Below are positions 30,919 to 41,341 of a stretch of 54,639 nt of DNA, piece by piece. Where the stretch lies: positions 1 through 54,639 of IMG/VR virus record IMGVR_UViG_3300024296_000003. The stretch is one strand, 5' to 3'. Each line of letters opens with the position of its first letter. The stretch's first letter is position 1. Source of the stretch: a virus (taxonomy: Duplodnaviria > Caudoviricetes). The notes beneath the pieces are model-generated. The model saw only the letters and a program-made list of their open reading frames with translations. It did no database searches and was not told the DNA's origin. Made by a program: the position numbers and the translations under genes.

Positions 30919-33900
30919 TTAGAATGATTGATCTTCACCTTCAATAAGCTTCCAAGTACATCCCATATCAGAGGCTGTAGTTACATTTTCAGAAGTATTA
31001 TCATTTGTAGCATATCCTATCATTAAGCGATCAGTAAATCTGTTTATTCCAGTTCCGGCTGCAGCTGAAATAGTAAGAATAGTATTCATACATGTATAGG
31101 CTCTACCGAATGAATCGCCAATATTACTAATTGCCATTTGGCTTGACGTACCCTGATTAGAAACCTGTTCCCATGTACCTTCTCCGTTTAAAACTTCACC
31201 TGAACATTGCCATCTAAATAATGCAACCCCTATTCTTGCTGTTGATACAAACGGTACTGTACTGTGTGAAGTCCATGTAGCTCTGTAAGTAAACTTATCG
31301 CCCTCCACATAACTATGTTGGAGTACTATGCCGGCTGGCATTAACCAGAATAAATCATCTGTGCCACTAGCTCCTGCTATAATTCCAGCTCCTGCTACAT
31401 TACCTGACCATTCTGATGAAGCCCACCCAAGTCCAGCAGATACTGCCGCGGCGGTGTTTCCGACATTAGATACTAACCAAGTAGAGTTGTTTGGATCTGC
31501 GTCATATCTAGGTAAACCACCTCTCACGTGCATTGAACCTTCTGCTACTACAATCCTAGTACCTTCCACAGAAGATCCTGCAGGACCTTGTGTACCTTGT
31601 GTACCTGAACCTTCAGCTCCTTGTGTACCTGAACCTTCAGGTCCTTGTGGACCGCCAGGTCCTTGAAATCCTTGAACACCATTTGCACCTTGTGGTCCAT
31701 TAGGACCTTGAGTACCTTGTGGTCCTTGTGGTTGAATACAATAAACAGTATCGGTTGATGAAGCGAATGTTTGCCCAGAACCACCAATATATGATACGCC
31801 CATTACTTGGTTTGATATAACATTATTAACAAAATATGTATCAGATTCACCATCTGATTGTGATAGCGAAATTCTATCACTAAGATTAGCGGCACCTAAT
31901 GTACTTGATGATGTGCTGCTTACAAACACTTGAGTAACACTAGCGGCATTTGAATTATTTATAGTAAAGGTTCCAGCAATTGTTGAATTAGTTACAAATA
32001 CTTCACCTTGTGGTATTACTTCACAACCTGTATTTAATGGTGTTATACCTGTTGGTCCTTGTGAACCAGTAGTACCAACTTCACCTTGTGCACCTTGTGC
32101 ACCATCATTACCTTGTGAGCCAACTCCAGTTTCTCCCTGGGTACCAGTAGTACCAACTTCACCTTGTGGTCCTTGGACACCATCATTACCTTGCGAACCT
32201 GTACCAGTTGATCCTTGTGTACCATCCTCACCCTGTATACCTTGTGCACCCTGGGCTCCTTGAGCACCTGTACCTGTTGATCCTTGTGATCCTTGAGAAC
32301 CTATACCATTGGCACCTTGTGGTCCTTGTGTACCATCATTACCTTGAGTACCACCGGCACCTTGGGTACCTGAACCAGCAGGTCCTTGAGAACCTTCTTC
32401 ACCTTGGGTACCTGAACCTTCAGGTCCTTGTGTCCCAATACCGTCAGCACCTTGCGCACCTTGTACACCATTACCTACAAGCTTAGTTAAAATAAATCCT
32501 ACATTAGCAGGTGTGAGTGCCGTATTTGCAGTACAGTACATTCTTATTTCTACTGAGTCACCACCATTAAGATCTAATATATCACTTATAGAAATAGTAG
32601 AATATGAACCTGCAGTAAAATTAGTTATAGCCACTGCATTCTGATTACCACTATATGGTACACCATTAACAAAAATTTCTGCACCTACCTGTTCACTTAT
32701 AGTTACATCACCAGATAAAGTAAATGTTGCTTTATAATTACCAGCCTCACCTGCATTAATTACTAATAGATTACCTTGCGGTGCACCTCCACTATTTGCA
32801 AACCCCATTTGATTTAATTCACCTTGAGGCAATAATAAACCTGTAGGCGTAGATGTTAAATTATAAACAGCAGCACTATTTAAATTATCTTGCATTGATC
32901 CGTATGCAACTGTACCGCTAACAGAACCTGTTGAACCTTGTGTCCCATCAGTACCTTGGGCACCTTGAGATCCAATTCCATCAGCACCTTGGGCACCTTG
33001 AGCCCCAACACCAGTTGAACCTTGTGTACCCTGTGGACCATCACCACCTTGTGTTCCATCAGCACCTTGAGAACCTGGGCCTTCATTACCTTGTGCGCCT
33101 TGTGCACCGTCATTACCTTGAGACCCAACACCGTCATTACCTTGTGCTCCCTGTGGTCCTTGTGAACCTACACCACCAGTTGCACCTTGGACTGTTGAAT
33201 CAGCACCCTGTGGTCCTTGATCACCTTGAGCACCCTGTGGGCCTTGTACAACCGAGTCAAGCCCAGTTGCACCTTGTGGTCCCTGTGGCCCTTGATCACC
33301 TGTTACAACAAAAGATAATAATACATCTTCATCCATTGTAAAAGGATCGGTCTCTGTAGAAGCTACAGGTACAACATCTAATTCCCAGTAAGTTGGAGTT
33401 CCTGTTGGTTCATGACTTAATGTAGTTATTTGAAATAATATAAATTCATTTGGGTCTGACTTTGCAGATATTCTAACATGACCTTTAGGTATTGAGGTAG
33501 AAGATAATATAGTTTGTAAAAAAGTAGTAATGGATTGACCAGTTATACCACTTTCATTAATACACATAATAGTTGATGTATCTTGTGATCCTCCTTGATT
33601 ATTTAATGAAACATAACTAAAGCCTGGATCTGCTACCGCTAATGTAGTATTAAATTCATAATCAAACGTGGCACCACCAAAAGAACCATCGGCTCCACTT
33701 AAACCTTGTACACCTTGCGGTCCTTGTACTGTTGAATCAGCACCTTGTGGTCCAGGATTACCTTCTGTCCCTTGCGCACCTTGTGCACCAGCCGGACCTG
33801 TAATAGTTGAAGCAGCACCTTGTGTACCTTCCTCACCTTGAACACCTTCCTCACCTTGAACACCCGTATTCCCCTGTACGCCAATTGGACCTTGTACTGT

Positions 33901-34803
33901 TGAATCAGCTCCAGTAAAACCTTGTGCACCTTGTGAACCTTGAACCCCAAAAGGCCCTTGTGAACCGATAGCACCTTGTGCACCAATCAATCCAGCAGAT
34001 GCAGCGTTTACATTTACCCATTTAGTACCATTCCATTGTAAAAAATCAGAAGCTACTGGGTTAGGCGCATTTATATCATATAAAGAATTAAGTAAAGGTT
34101 GACCATTATCTAAAGTTTGTAATTCTATGTTAGCAGAATTAAAATTAATAACTACATTTTTATTAGCTACATTAGTACCTACTGTTAATGCTTCTCCTAC
34201 AACGGATGTTGAATTAGAAGTATTTATACCTTTAAATTCTAATGTAGTACCACTCATTCCGGCAAAAACATTTTGTCCGCCTATACCTACATTTAATCCT
34301 TGGTTTATTTCACCACCAGCAGAAGTGTTAATTAATTTAATTGCATTTACGGATGAGTCATATTGTATTTGTACACCATCTCCTGCAATTAATCTAAAGG
34401 TATCATTAGGAATTGTAGAAGATAGAGTGACATCGGGGTTTGATTGTAATAATGGTGTTGCTCCAGTATAATTAACTAATATTTTTCCAAAGCTATTTGA
34501 ACCAGTAACAGTTAAATCACCAGTACCTATACCTCCTACTAAATCCCATTCACTAGTTTCAAAGACACCTTGTGTAGTTCGTTTATTTGCTCTCCACCAT
34601 GCTAAAGCTTCTGATGAAACACTAGTTCCACCAGTAACATCAACTATTTCAACAGGATGATATACTATATGACCTTCGTCATATGTTCTATTATCTACCC
34701 ATGGATTAGCTACAGCTTTAAAGTTTTCATCTACTTCCCCGTTAAAAAGTTCTCTTTTAACTTCATTTCTATAGATGATATATTCTTTCAGATTGAATGC
34801 CAT
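30919..34803 (-). CDS. Collagen triple-helix fibre protein (tail/head fibre), 1294 aa
   Basis: Four G-X-Q rich collagen blocks (GAQGPQG, GSQG, GTQG) separated by globular domains; late-type motif 17 nt upstream. Confidence 0.8.
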   Translation of the reverse strand: MAFNLKEYIIYRNEVKRELFNGEVDENFKAVANPWVDNRTYDEGHIVYHPVEIVDVTGGTSVSSEALAWWRANKRTTQGVFETSEWDLVGGIGTGDLTVTGSNSFGKILVNYTGATPLLQSNPDVTLSSTIPNDTFRLIAGDGVQIQYDSSVNAIKLINTSAGGEINQGLNVGIGGQNVFAGMSGTTLEFKGINTSNSTSVVGEALTVGTNVANKNVVINFNSANIELQTLDNGQPLLNSLYDINAPNPVASDFLQWNGTKWVNVNAASAGLIGAQGAIGSQGPFGVQGSQGAQGFTGADSTVQGPIGVQGNTGVQGEEGVQGEEGTQGAASTITGPAGAQGAQGTEGNPGPQGADSTVQGPQGVQGLSGADGSFGGATFDYEFNTTLAVADPGFSYVSLNNQGGSQDTSTIMCINESGITGQSITTFLQTILSSTSIPKGHVRISAKSDPNEFILFQITTLSHEPTGTPTYWELDVVPVASTETDPFTMDEDVLLSFVVTGDQGPQGPQGATGLDSVVQGPQGAQGDQGPQGADSTVQGATGGVGSQGPQGAQGNDGVGSQGNDGAQGAQGNEGPGSQGADGTQGGDGPQGTQGSTGVGAQGAQGADGIGSQGAQGTDGTQGSTGSVSGTVAYGSMQDNLNSAAVYNLTSTPTGLLLPQGELNQMGFANSGGAPQGNLLVINAGEAGNYKATFTLSGDVTISEQVGAEIFVNGVPYSGNQNAVAITNFTAGSYSTISISDILDLNGGDSVEIRMYCTANTALTPANVGFILTKLVGNGVQGAQGADGIGTQGPEGSGTQGEEGSQGPAGSGTQGAGGTQGNDGTQGPQGANGIGSQGSQGSTGTGAQGAQGAQGIQGEDGTQGSTGTGSQGNDGVQGPQGEVGTTGTQGETGVGSQGNDGAQGAQGEVGTTGSQGPTGITPLNTGCEVIPQGEVFVTNSTIAGTFTINNSNAASVTQVFVSSTSSSTLGAANLSDRISLSQSDGESDTYFVNNVISNQVMGVSYIGGSGQTFASSTDTVYCIQPQGPQGTQGPNGPQGANGVQGFQGPGGPQGPEGSGTQGAEGSGTQGTQGPAGSSVEGTRIVVAEGSMHVRGGLPRYDADPNNSTWLVSNVGNTAAAVSAGLGWASSEWSGNVAGAGIIAGASGTDDLFWLMPAGIVLQHSYVEGDKFTYRATWTSHSTVPFVSTARIGVALFRWQCSGEVLNGEGTWEQVSNQGTSSQMAISNIGDSFGRAYTCMNTILTISAAAGTGINRFTDRLMIGYATNDNTSENVTTASDMGCTWKLIEGEDQSF

Positions 34804-34823
34804 TTAACCTTATCTTTTTTTAT

Positions 34824-35405
34824 TTATTCCGGTGGTTCGTTAATAATCTTTGCATCATCATACGGAAATTCATCAGTATCTTTTCGTGATGTAAATACCT
34901 CTCTTAATTGGTTAAGATACCAAGTACCTTCAGACCATCCAGGTACAGCATAACACGGAGAATAGATACCTGTTGTATATATTCTATAAAGTTCATCCCA
35001 GAATTTTCTATAATCATTTACTGATCTTTTAATAAATTCTACTTGTCTATTTACTAAAACAGATCTTTGTTTATTTCTTTGCTTATCGAAAGAAGACCCT
35101 TGTGTAAGTTTAAATTTACCTGTTAAATCCTCAGCTCTATATTCTGTTTCAAATCCATATAAGGTACTTCCACCTAAAAATAATTCAATAGAAACTAAAT
35201 CTCCAACAAAGCATGGATCAAAAGGTACATAATTATTTTGGTAGAATAATTCCATTTCTGCAGAATTAGCAAAATCGGTAAATTCAGTTTTCTGGCTTGC
35301 CTGGTCATAAAATCCTATTCGGATTTTAGACACATCAAGTTTATACTTTTTTAAGTAAATAAAAAAGTCTAATGATAGTTTAAATGTCAATGCTTCAATA
35401 ACCAA
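34824..35405 (-). CDS. Hypothetical late protein, 193 aa
   Basis: ORF track (TTG start); GAATATATA motif 19 nt upstream. Confidence 0.5.
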   Translation of the reverse strand: MVIEALTFKLSLDFFIYLKKYKLDVSKIRIGFYDQASQKTEFTDFANSAEMELFYQNNYVPFDPCFVGDLVSIELFLGGSTLYGFETEYRAEDLTGKFKLTQGSSFDKQRNKQRSVLVNRQVEFIKRSVNDYRKFWDELYRIYTTGIYSPCYAVPGWSEGTWYLNQLREVFTSRKDTDEFPYDDAKIINEPPE

Positions 35406-35431
35406 GAGAACACACTATTTTTTGTATATAT

Positions 35432-35905
35432 TCAATACTTAATAGTATGGTAGTCATTTACTAGGTTAGAAATTTTACCGTGAGTTACATTACATTCATT
35501 AAAAATTTCAAGATGTGCAGTATCTCTATAATCTTCAATCCAATAAACATGTTTAAATCCTGCGTTAACCAATATCTTGGTACACATTTTACACGGTGAT
35601 AATGTTAAGAGTATTATGTAATTTTGTGGATCATATTCCTGAAACTTAGCAATCATATTTACCTCAGCATGAATAAATCCACTTTCACCTGGTGTTAATG
35701 AATCTTCTTCTGTTCCAGTTTCTTTGTTAGTTTCAGCACCACTATAGGATCCATTATAACCAAAGCTTGCTATTTTACTAAAGTCTTTCTTTAATGCCAT
35801 ACAACCAACTTTAGTTGTAGAAGAATTAGAAAGATCTCTAATACTAAGTAAAATATTTTTAAAGGCGTTTACCTTTAACTGAAGTCGTCGAAGTTTGGAA
35901 TCCAT
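35432..35905 (-). CDS. dCMP deaminase / Zn-dependent cytidine deaminase family
   Basis: KVGC, FGYNG, HAEVN, TLSPCKMC motifs. Confidence 0.85.
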   Translation of the reverse strand: MDSKLRRLQLKVNAFKNILLSIRDLSNSSTTKVGCMALKKDFSKIASFGYNGSYSGAETNKETGTEEDSLTPGESGFIHAEVNMIAKFQEYDPQNYIILLTLSPCKMCTKILVNAGFKHVYWIEDYRDTAHLEIFNECNVTHGKISNLVNDYHTIKY

Positions 35906-36462
35906 TTTTGTTTAATTAAAGTAGCCTTCATTTTTACTTCTGGCAATTCTTTGTTTAGGGTATTTGCAATTTTAATGTTTTCTCTATCGTCATCAAAGAA
36001 TTGAAAGTTTCTAAATCCCATTTGAACAAATTTCATGAAAGCTTCCTTTTTCTTTTGAGCAGTAGATCCAGTAAATCCTAGAGAAGGGTCATTAATAGCA
36101 AATATGTAGTCTGGGTTTATCTTTACTCCGTTATGTGAGAGAAAATCATAGATAAGTTTTGCATCATCTCTTGCTGTAATAATTCCTACAGCTTTACCTT
36201 TTGCTATGGTTCTTTTTAAGATGTTAAAAACCCATTCAATAATTTTACCACCTTTAAGAATTTCTAAATCTCTAAAATCAGAAAAATCAAATTTGTCATA
36301 GGCTTTAGTCTTAAAGGTATTGAATTCTTGTGGGGTAAGCTCAATCTCATAACCTGTCTTTGGATTGAAAACCTTAATCTTACTTTTGGTAACAACTAAA
36401 GTATCATCTACGTCAAAAACGGTTATGTCTTTTCCTTTGCTATATACTTCAAATAGTTCCAT
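35875..36462 (-). CDS. HAD-superfamily phosphatase
   Basis: VFDVDDTL (motif I), IITAR (motif II), KK...FFDDD (motifs III/IV). Confidence 0.75.
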   Translation of the reverse strand: MELFEVYSKGKDITVFDVDDTLVVTKSKIKVFNPKTGYEIELTPQEFNTFKTKAYDKFDFSDFRDLEILKGGKIIEWVFNILKRTIAKGKAVGIITARDDAKLIYDFLSHNGVKINPDYIFAINDPSLGFTGSTAQKKKEAFMKFVQMGFRNFQFFDDDRENIKIANTLNKELPEVKMKATLIKQKWIPNFDDFS

Positions 36463-36521
36463 ACATTATATATTATTAAAATACTTTTCTCTTACTACAG
36501 GTGAGCTATGGAATAGACCGG

Positions 36522-37844
36522 TTAACAGTCTCTCCCATTCTTATATATGTGTTTCACAACCGGAAAGCGGAGGGAATAACCACCGTTCTGATTTTGGCTT
36601 TCTTCAAAATATTGAACAGTTACAGTTTTACCGATTAGTTCATTATGATTGTTGAGGTAGTGTTCTCTTTGTTCTTTAGAGAATCCAGATCCTACACTTA
36701 CACGGTTACCTTTATGTTCAATAATAATATTACTTAGTCCTTCTTTTTCAATCTGCTTTCCATTTTCTGTCCATCGCATTGTACCGTTCATACATTCTAG
36801 GATTGTATATTCAGCATCATGGAATTTTTTAACCTTTAGAAGATTATGGCTTCTTTTACCTTCATAACCAATATTCTTTCTAACCATGATTCCTTCAAAC
36901 CCAGCCTCTTCGGCTTCTTTTGCCATTTCAGTAAATTGCTCCTCGGTAGTTAATTGTTCTTGTGGTAAGAATTCTAACATGGAAGAGTTAATGTTTTCTG
37001 GAAGGAGATCATATCCATTCTTAAGTCTTTCAGTAAGTGGTGTAGTTCCAACCTTATCATCAAATTCGTCTAAGGTTAAAAAATCAAATATAAAGAATTT
37101 AGGATTTTCAATTTGATGATCCTTCTTTCTGATTTGTTTCATAATTCCTTGGAAGTCTTCATTACCATCTTTATCTACCATACAGATTTCTCCATCTAAA
37201 ATAAAGTCTCCACCTATCTTAGAAATTTCATTTTCTAAATTACCTAAGGTTGTAAATTCTTTACCGTTCCTTGAAAAGAATGTTACAGTATTCATTTCCT
37301 TTCTACAGATACATCTTACACCATCCAATTTTCTGGATCCGTACCATTCTCCACTCTGAAAATCTACTCTCTTAGGATTATATGCATTCGCTAAAGCGAC
37401 CTTAAAAGTTGGAATTAAATCTGGGTGGATTGCCTTATTGATAGAAGTAGTACCACATCCCATATTAAGGTCTCGGTTTAGCATATAGTAAATAATATCT
37501 TCCCACTGTTTATTCTCTAGGACAAACCTATTTACATTTGCAATTGCCGTATGACCGGTACATACCCTATTTCTTAAATCATCCAACAGAGTAAAGATAC
37601 TACCGTATGTATTTGGGTGACCTAGTAAATCTGAATTCTTTTTGCAATTCTTAGGAGTTACATTATATTTAAAATAAGGATTGTAAGTATAGAAGAAAAC
37701 CTTTTGGAGAAATTCTCTATCAGAATTTTCGTCAGAGTTATCGGCATACTTTTTAAGAGTTGCAATTTTGTGATTTCCTGAAGAGGAAGAACGCATTTCA
37801 TCCAAGAAGGATTGTAGATAAGTAAGGTTTGTGTATTCAGTCAT
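36522..37844 (-). CDS. ATP-dependent DNA ligase
   Basis: RKLDGVR adenylation motif, ILDGEI, FEGIMVR, LLKVK, VGSGFS, SLRFPV. Confidence 0.95.
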   Translation of the reverse strand: MTEYTNLTYLQSFLDEMRSSSSGNHKIATLKKYADNSDENSDREFLQKVFFYTYNPYFKYNVTPKNCKKNSDLLGHPNTYGSIFTLLDDLRNRVCTGHTAIANVNRFVLENKQWEDIIYYMLNRDLNMGCGTTSINKAIHPDLIPTFKVALANAYNPKRVDFQSGEWYGSRKLDGVRCICRKEMNTVTFFSRNGKEFTTLGNLENEISKIGGDFILDGEICMVDKDGNEDFQGIMKQIRKKDHQIENPKFFIFDFLTLDEFDDKVGTTPLTERLKNGYDLLPENINSSMLEFLPQEQLTTEEQFTEMAKEAEEAGFEGIMVRKNIGYEGKRSHNLLKVKKFHDAEYTILECMNGTMRWTENGKQIEKEGLSNIIIEHKGNRVSVGSGFSKEQREHYLNNHNELIGKTVTVQYFEESQNQNGGYSLRFPVVKHIYKNGRDC

Positions 37845-37869
37845 ATTCCGTTTATTTAATTATATTATA

Positions 37870-37898
37870 AATATAATAAAAAAACTTGGGAATTGAAA
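37870..37898 (-). promoter_or_regulatory. Class A promoter-like motif TTTCA-N18-TATAWT (also 42707-42735, 49313-49341, 50898-50926, 51995-52023, 54082-54110)
   Basis: Six copies upstream of gene starts with identical 18-nt spacing. Confidence 0.7.
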
Positions 37899-37936
37899 AT
37901 TTTTCTGGGACTTTTTTCTAAAAGTTATTAACAATT
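37886..37936. repeat. ~51-bp dispersed direct repeat, second copy at 54098-54149
   Basis: ttgggaattgaaaatttttct(g/a)ggacttttttc(-/a)ta(a/g)aagttattaacaatt; 2 mismatches + 1 indel. Confidence 0.85.
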
Positions 37937-38179
37937 TTTTATCTGATCCTGTAGGTTTTTAAGCTTTGCACACTTCTCAAAATCTTCTTTCATTTCAAAG
38001 TGTAGCAAAATTCTATCTAAACTTTTAATTTTATGTTTAGCAGTTTTTTCATCATATCGAAGTACCTGGTCAGGAAACATCATTATAGTATTATAACATA
38101 AGTTCATATATTGGTCCCAGCTCGTATTTTCCAATTGATCCAATAGCGACTTCATAAACTCTTCATTATCAAAATCCAT
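37928..38179 (-). CDS. Small protein with C-terminal UVR-like helical motif
   Basis: [13 protein letters not shown]. Confidence 0.5.
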   Translation of the reverse strand: MDFDNEEFMKSLLDQLENTSWDQYMNLCYNTIMMFPDQVLRYDEKTAKHKIKSLDRILLHFEMKEDFEKCAKLKNLQDQIKNC

Positions 38180-38996
38180 TTTGTATATCTTTCATTTTCT
38201 TTACAAGATTTTCCTGATCTTCTGATAATTCATTTGGTAAATTAACTAAGATATTTATAAACAAATCACCAGCCATTTGTGGATTATTATAAGCAGGGAA
38301 TCCTTTTCCTTTTATCCTAAGCATAGTCCCATTCTTTACACATTTAGGTATTGTATAATTTATAATTTTGTCAAATACATTTACTTCACCTTTACTACCA
38401 AGCAATGCATCATATAAATCTATATGTTTAATTGTATGTAAACCTTTTTTATCTAAGTAAAAGTTAGGATCATCTTGTATATGTACAGTTAAAATAAGAT
38501 CTCCATTTTGATCATCGGTCATTCCTCTTTGACCTAATCCTTTTAATCTCATCCTCTGCCCAGGTTTAATGCCTGGCTTAATATCAACAGTTACAGTTTT
38601 TGTACCTAATCTAATTTCCTTATTACAACCATAATAAGCCTGCTCTAAAGTAATATAGATTTGAGCTGTTACATTACTTCCTCTTGTACTAAATCCATGA
38701 CGACCTCCAAATCCACCAAAATTAGGATTACCAAAACCTCCTCCTCCAGTTTTTATAAACTCTTCAAAAAATGAATCATTAAATTGACTAAATGGATTTC
38801 CTTCAAATTTAGCTTTCTTTGTAGGATCGGTTAAAATATCATATGCATCTGCCACCTCCTTAAACTTTTCTTCGTTTCCTGAAGATTTATCTGGGTGATA
38901 TTCTTTTGCTAATTTTCTATATGCTTTTTTTATTTCACTTTCATCGGCATTTCTATCTACACCTAATATTTTATAAGGATCCTTCATTACTTCCAA
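38169..38996 (-). CDS. dnaJ: DnaJ/CbpA-type co-chaperone (J domain, G/F linker, C-terminal domain, no Zn finger)
   Basis: DPYKILGV...[16 protein letters not shown]; G/F-rich linker; RLKGLG...GDLI; LRIKGKG. Confidence 0.9.
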   Translation of the reverse strand: MEVMKDPYKILGVDRNADESEIKKAYRKLAKEYHPDKSSGNEEKFKEVADAYDILTDPTKKAKFEGNPFSQFNDSFFEEFIKTGGGGFGNPNFGGFGGRHGFSTRGSNVTAQIYITLEQAYYGCNKEIRLGTKTVTVDIKPGIKPGQRMRLKGLGQRGMTDDQNGDLILTVHIQDDPNFYLDKKGLHTIKHIDLYDALLGSKGEVNVFDKIINYTIPKCVKNGTMLRIKGKGFPAYNNPQMAGDLFINILVNLPNELSEDQENLVKKMKDIQNGF

Positions 38997-39331
38997 AAAA
39001 GTTGTATACCTATTAGGCTACATGCAAGTGCTAATGATACTATTGTTTTTGTAGTGATCCCTTCTCCTAATAACCACCAAGTTAAAAAAGCAAATGAAAT
39101 AATACCAGTACCAAAACCAATAAACCTACCTGGCCATAACAACCCATCATAATATTCTACTATGAATTTTGTTCCGTAAATTAATATGTAACTAATACTA
39201 GTTCCCATAATTAAAGATACTGCAAAAGGATTCTTTTTAAACCATGGCCAAACAAATTGACCATTGGTTTGTACCCATATTAAAGTTTGCCCTAAAAAGA
39301 ATAATAAAAAAGCTGCTATTAATTTATTCAT
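38987..39331 (-). CDS. Small 4-TM membrane protein (DMT/SMR-like topology)
   Basis: Four hydrophobic segments in 114 aa; LLGEGIT. Confidence 0.5.
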   Translation of the reverse strand: MNKLIAAFLLFFLGQTLIWVQTNGQFVWPWFKKNPFAVSLIMGTSISYILIYGTKFIVEYYDGLLWPGRFIGFGTGIISFAFLTWWLLGEGITTKTIVSLALACSLIGIQLFWK

Positions 39332-39599
39332 CTATGTAATATTTATATCCTTGTCTTATTAAATGATCCATGTGACTCTGCATATCCTTTGCAGTAATCC
39401 ATACGGAATTTTCTCTTTCGACTTTACCGTCTTGTCTTTTGTCATATGCTTTATTAAGAAACCATTTTTCTCTTTTTGATTCCCACCAAAACCAAATCTT
39501 TTGCCATGATCTAGGTTTTTTCATATAGACTTTATTACCTTCATTCATATGATTTATGAACTCTTCATAGGTAATGTCTTTTTTATTTTTCGTTGACAT
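39324..39599 (-). CDS. Hypothetical protein, 91 aa
   Basis: ORF track; overlaps neighbours. Confidence 0.5.
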   Translation of the reverse strand: MSTKNKKDITYEEFINHMNEGNKVYMKKPRSWQKIWFWWESKREKWFLNKAYDKRQDGKVERENSVWITAKDMQSHMDHLIRQGYKYYIDE

Positions 39600-39765
39600 T
39601 TTTAATTTGAAGCTTTTTTAATTTTTCATCTACTCTTCTTTTCTTTTCTGCTATATCATTAGACCTTTCTAATTGAGTAGATATTTTTTGTAATACTTCA
39701 ACTAATGCAGGTACATCTTGTTCAAAGAATCTTCTTCCTGCAGATGTTCTATAAAAATCTTTCAT
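39583..39765 (-). CDS. Hypothetical protein, ~60 aa (start revised to MKDFYRTS)
   Basis: The upstream start at 39831 would overlap the promoter-like motif at 39781-39809. Confidence 0.5.
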   Translation of the reverse strand: MKDFYRTSAGRRFFEQDVPALVEVLQKISTQLERSNDIAEKKRRVDEKLKKLQIKNVNEK

Positions 39766-39846
39766 AAGGAGTTGTTTATTTTTATATGTTATTTTATGAG
39801 TTAGTTTCATGAATATATAATCAAATAACAAAAATAATAAATTATA

Positions 39847-40344
39847 ATGGCAAAAGTACCTTTATTTGAAGATTTTATTCCTGTAGGTTTTGCTCCTAAT
39901 AGTGCTGCCCAGTTTTCACTAGGTGGTGGTTATAAGGAAACAGGATATAACATGGACGCAATTGTTGGACCAGTTGAAGAATTAGGAAACCATGTAGCTG
40001 AACAGGCTAATAGCTATGAGAGCAATGATAACCCAGATCATACTGCAAAATCATATGTAAAAGAAGCTAAGAAACATATTAATGATAAAATAGATGAGGC
40101 ATGTGAAAGCTATTCAATGTCAGAATCTACCCTTAATGAAGGAACTGATATTAGTTCATGGAATCAAGCAGGAATTAAAGGCGATGCAAATGCACAGATA
40201 ACTACCTTTGTTGGACCTAGAGATGTTGAGTCTTTTGGTTTAGGTAGAAAATGTATGCAAATAAACATTGGTAGAAACTATGTTCAGTTAAACCCGGCTG
40301 ATATTGTAGAGCTAAAAGAACTTCTTAAAAACTATAAAGTATAA
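39847..40344 (+). CDS. Probable internal head protein, 165 aa
   Basis: N-terminus MAKVPLFEDF; internal TLNE; late-type motif upstream. Confidence 0.5.
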   Translation: MAKVPLFEDFIPVGFAPNSAAQFSLGGGYKETGYNMDAIVGPVEELGNHVAEQANSYESNDNPDHTAKSYVKEAKKHINDKIDEACESYSMSESTLNEGTDISSWNQAGIKGDANAQITTFVGPRDVESFGLGRKCMQINIGRNYVQLNPADIVELKELLKNYKV

Positions 40345-40589
40345 TGATACCTAAATTTAAAAATTATTTAAATGAAGCTTCTGATTATGAATTTAATCCT
40401 AATGAAGCAGCGAGAAGATTAAAGGATAGAGAAAAGGAAAACATCCAAAGATATAGAGCTGCTCAAGAGCGAGGAGATAATTATGCTATTGAATTATATG
40501 AACTAAAAATCAAAATGGATAAAATAGATCTAGAAGGATTAAAGGTACAAACTGCTATTCATCAGCTAAAACAAAAAAATGGAAAGTAA
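40344..40589 (+). CDS. Probable internal head protein, 81 aa
   Basis: N-terminus MIPKFKNYLNE resembles T4 capsid-targeting sequence. Confidence 0.55.
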   Translation: MIPKFKNYLNEASDYEFNPNEAARRLKDREKENIQRYRAAQERGDNYAIELYELKIKMDKIDLEGLKVQTAIHQLKQKNGK

Positions 40590-40909
40590 TGATAGGTAAG
40601 TTTGATGAATTCTTAAATGAAAAAAACTTTATGGTACCAACAGCTGATACTGCTATTAAGTATAGGCTATCACATATGCCAATGTCAGGGTACATTGTAG
40701 CAATGCCATCAAGCGGTAAAGAATTAGATAAAGAAATAGAATCAGGATTTTCTAAAACTGCAATTGCTAAAGATATAGAAGATATGTTAAATGATCAATT
40801 AAAAAAGTATAGACAATTTATTAGAGTAAGTGTTGATAATACTTATAAAGGAGCAGGTTATGCATTTACGATTGACATGGATGAATTACTAAAAACATTA
40901 AACAGATAA
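40589..40909 (+). CDS. Probable internal head protein, 106 aa
   Basis: N-terminus MIGKFDEFLNE resembles T4 capsid-targeting sequence. Confidence 0.55.
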   Translation: MIGKFDEFLNEKNFMVPTADTAIKYRLSHMPMSGYIVAMPSSGKELDKEIESGFSKTAIAKDIEDMLNDQLKKYRQFIRVSVDNTYKGAGYAFTIDMDELLKTLNR

Positions 40910-41337
40910 TGGAAAATAACCAAGAAAGAGAAGACTTAAGCAAAATCCGCCATTATAAAGGCACGGTAAAAGATTTTAAAAATTACTGGGATGAAATGGC
41001 TGGAATGGAAACGAATGCATTTGGTACACCAGAATATCAAGGATTTAATGATGTTCATCCAACTCGTGGTGAAGGTGATAGTGAACATTGGAAAACTTCA
41101 AATGTAACTGAAGGTAGAAAAACTACCGATGGGTTAGGTAAGGAAGGAATGGAAATGTATCATGATATATCTATGATAACTGGTTTTGATGATGGAGATA
41201 CTGTTAGAGGTTATGGCCAAATAGAACCTGCCATGAAAGATCATAAACTATTTAAAAAGCTCACACCTAGAGAAGTAAGAATTTTAAGGAATGCATTAAA
41301 TAATGTAATGAGAATAAGAATCAGAATGGAAAGATAA
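40909..41337 (+). CDS. Hypothetical protein of plus-strand late cassette, 142 aa
   Basis: TAATG coupling with upstream gene; internal VKDFKNYWDE and NVTE. Confidence 0.5.
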   Translation: MENNQEREDLSKIRHYKGTVKDFKNYWDEMAGMETNAFGTPEYQGFNDVHPTRGEGDSEHWKTSNVTEGRKTTDGLGKEGMEMYHDISMITGFDDGDTVRGYGQIEPAMKDHKLFKKLTPREVRILRNALNNVMRIRIRMER

Positions 41338-41341
41338 TTTC

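Noticed and set aside
31328-34953. Alternative-frame and antisense ORFs within the collagen gene (e.g. HKVHKV-rich peptides)
   Set aside because: Shadows of the repetitive G-X-Q codon pattern.
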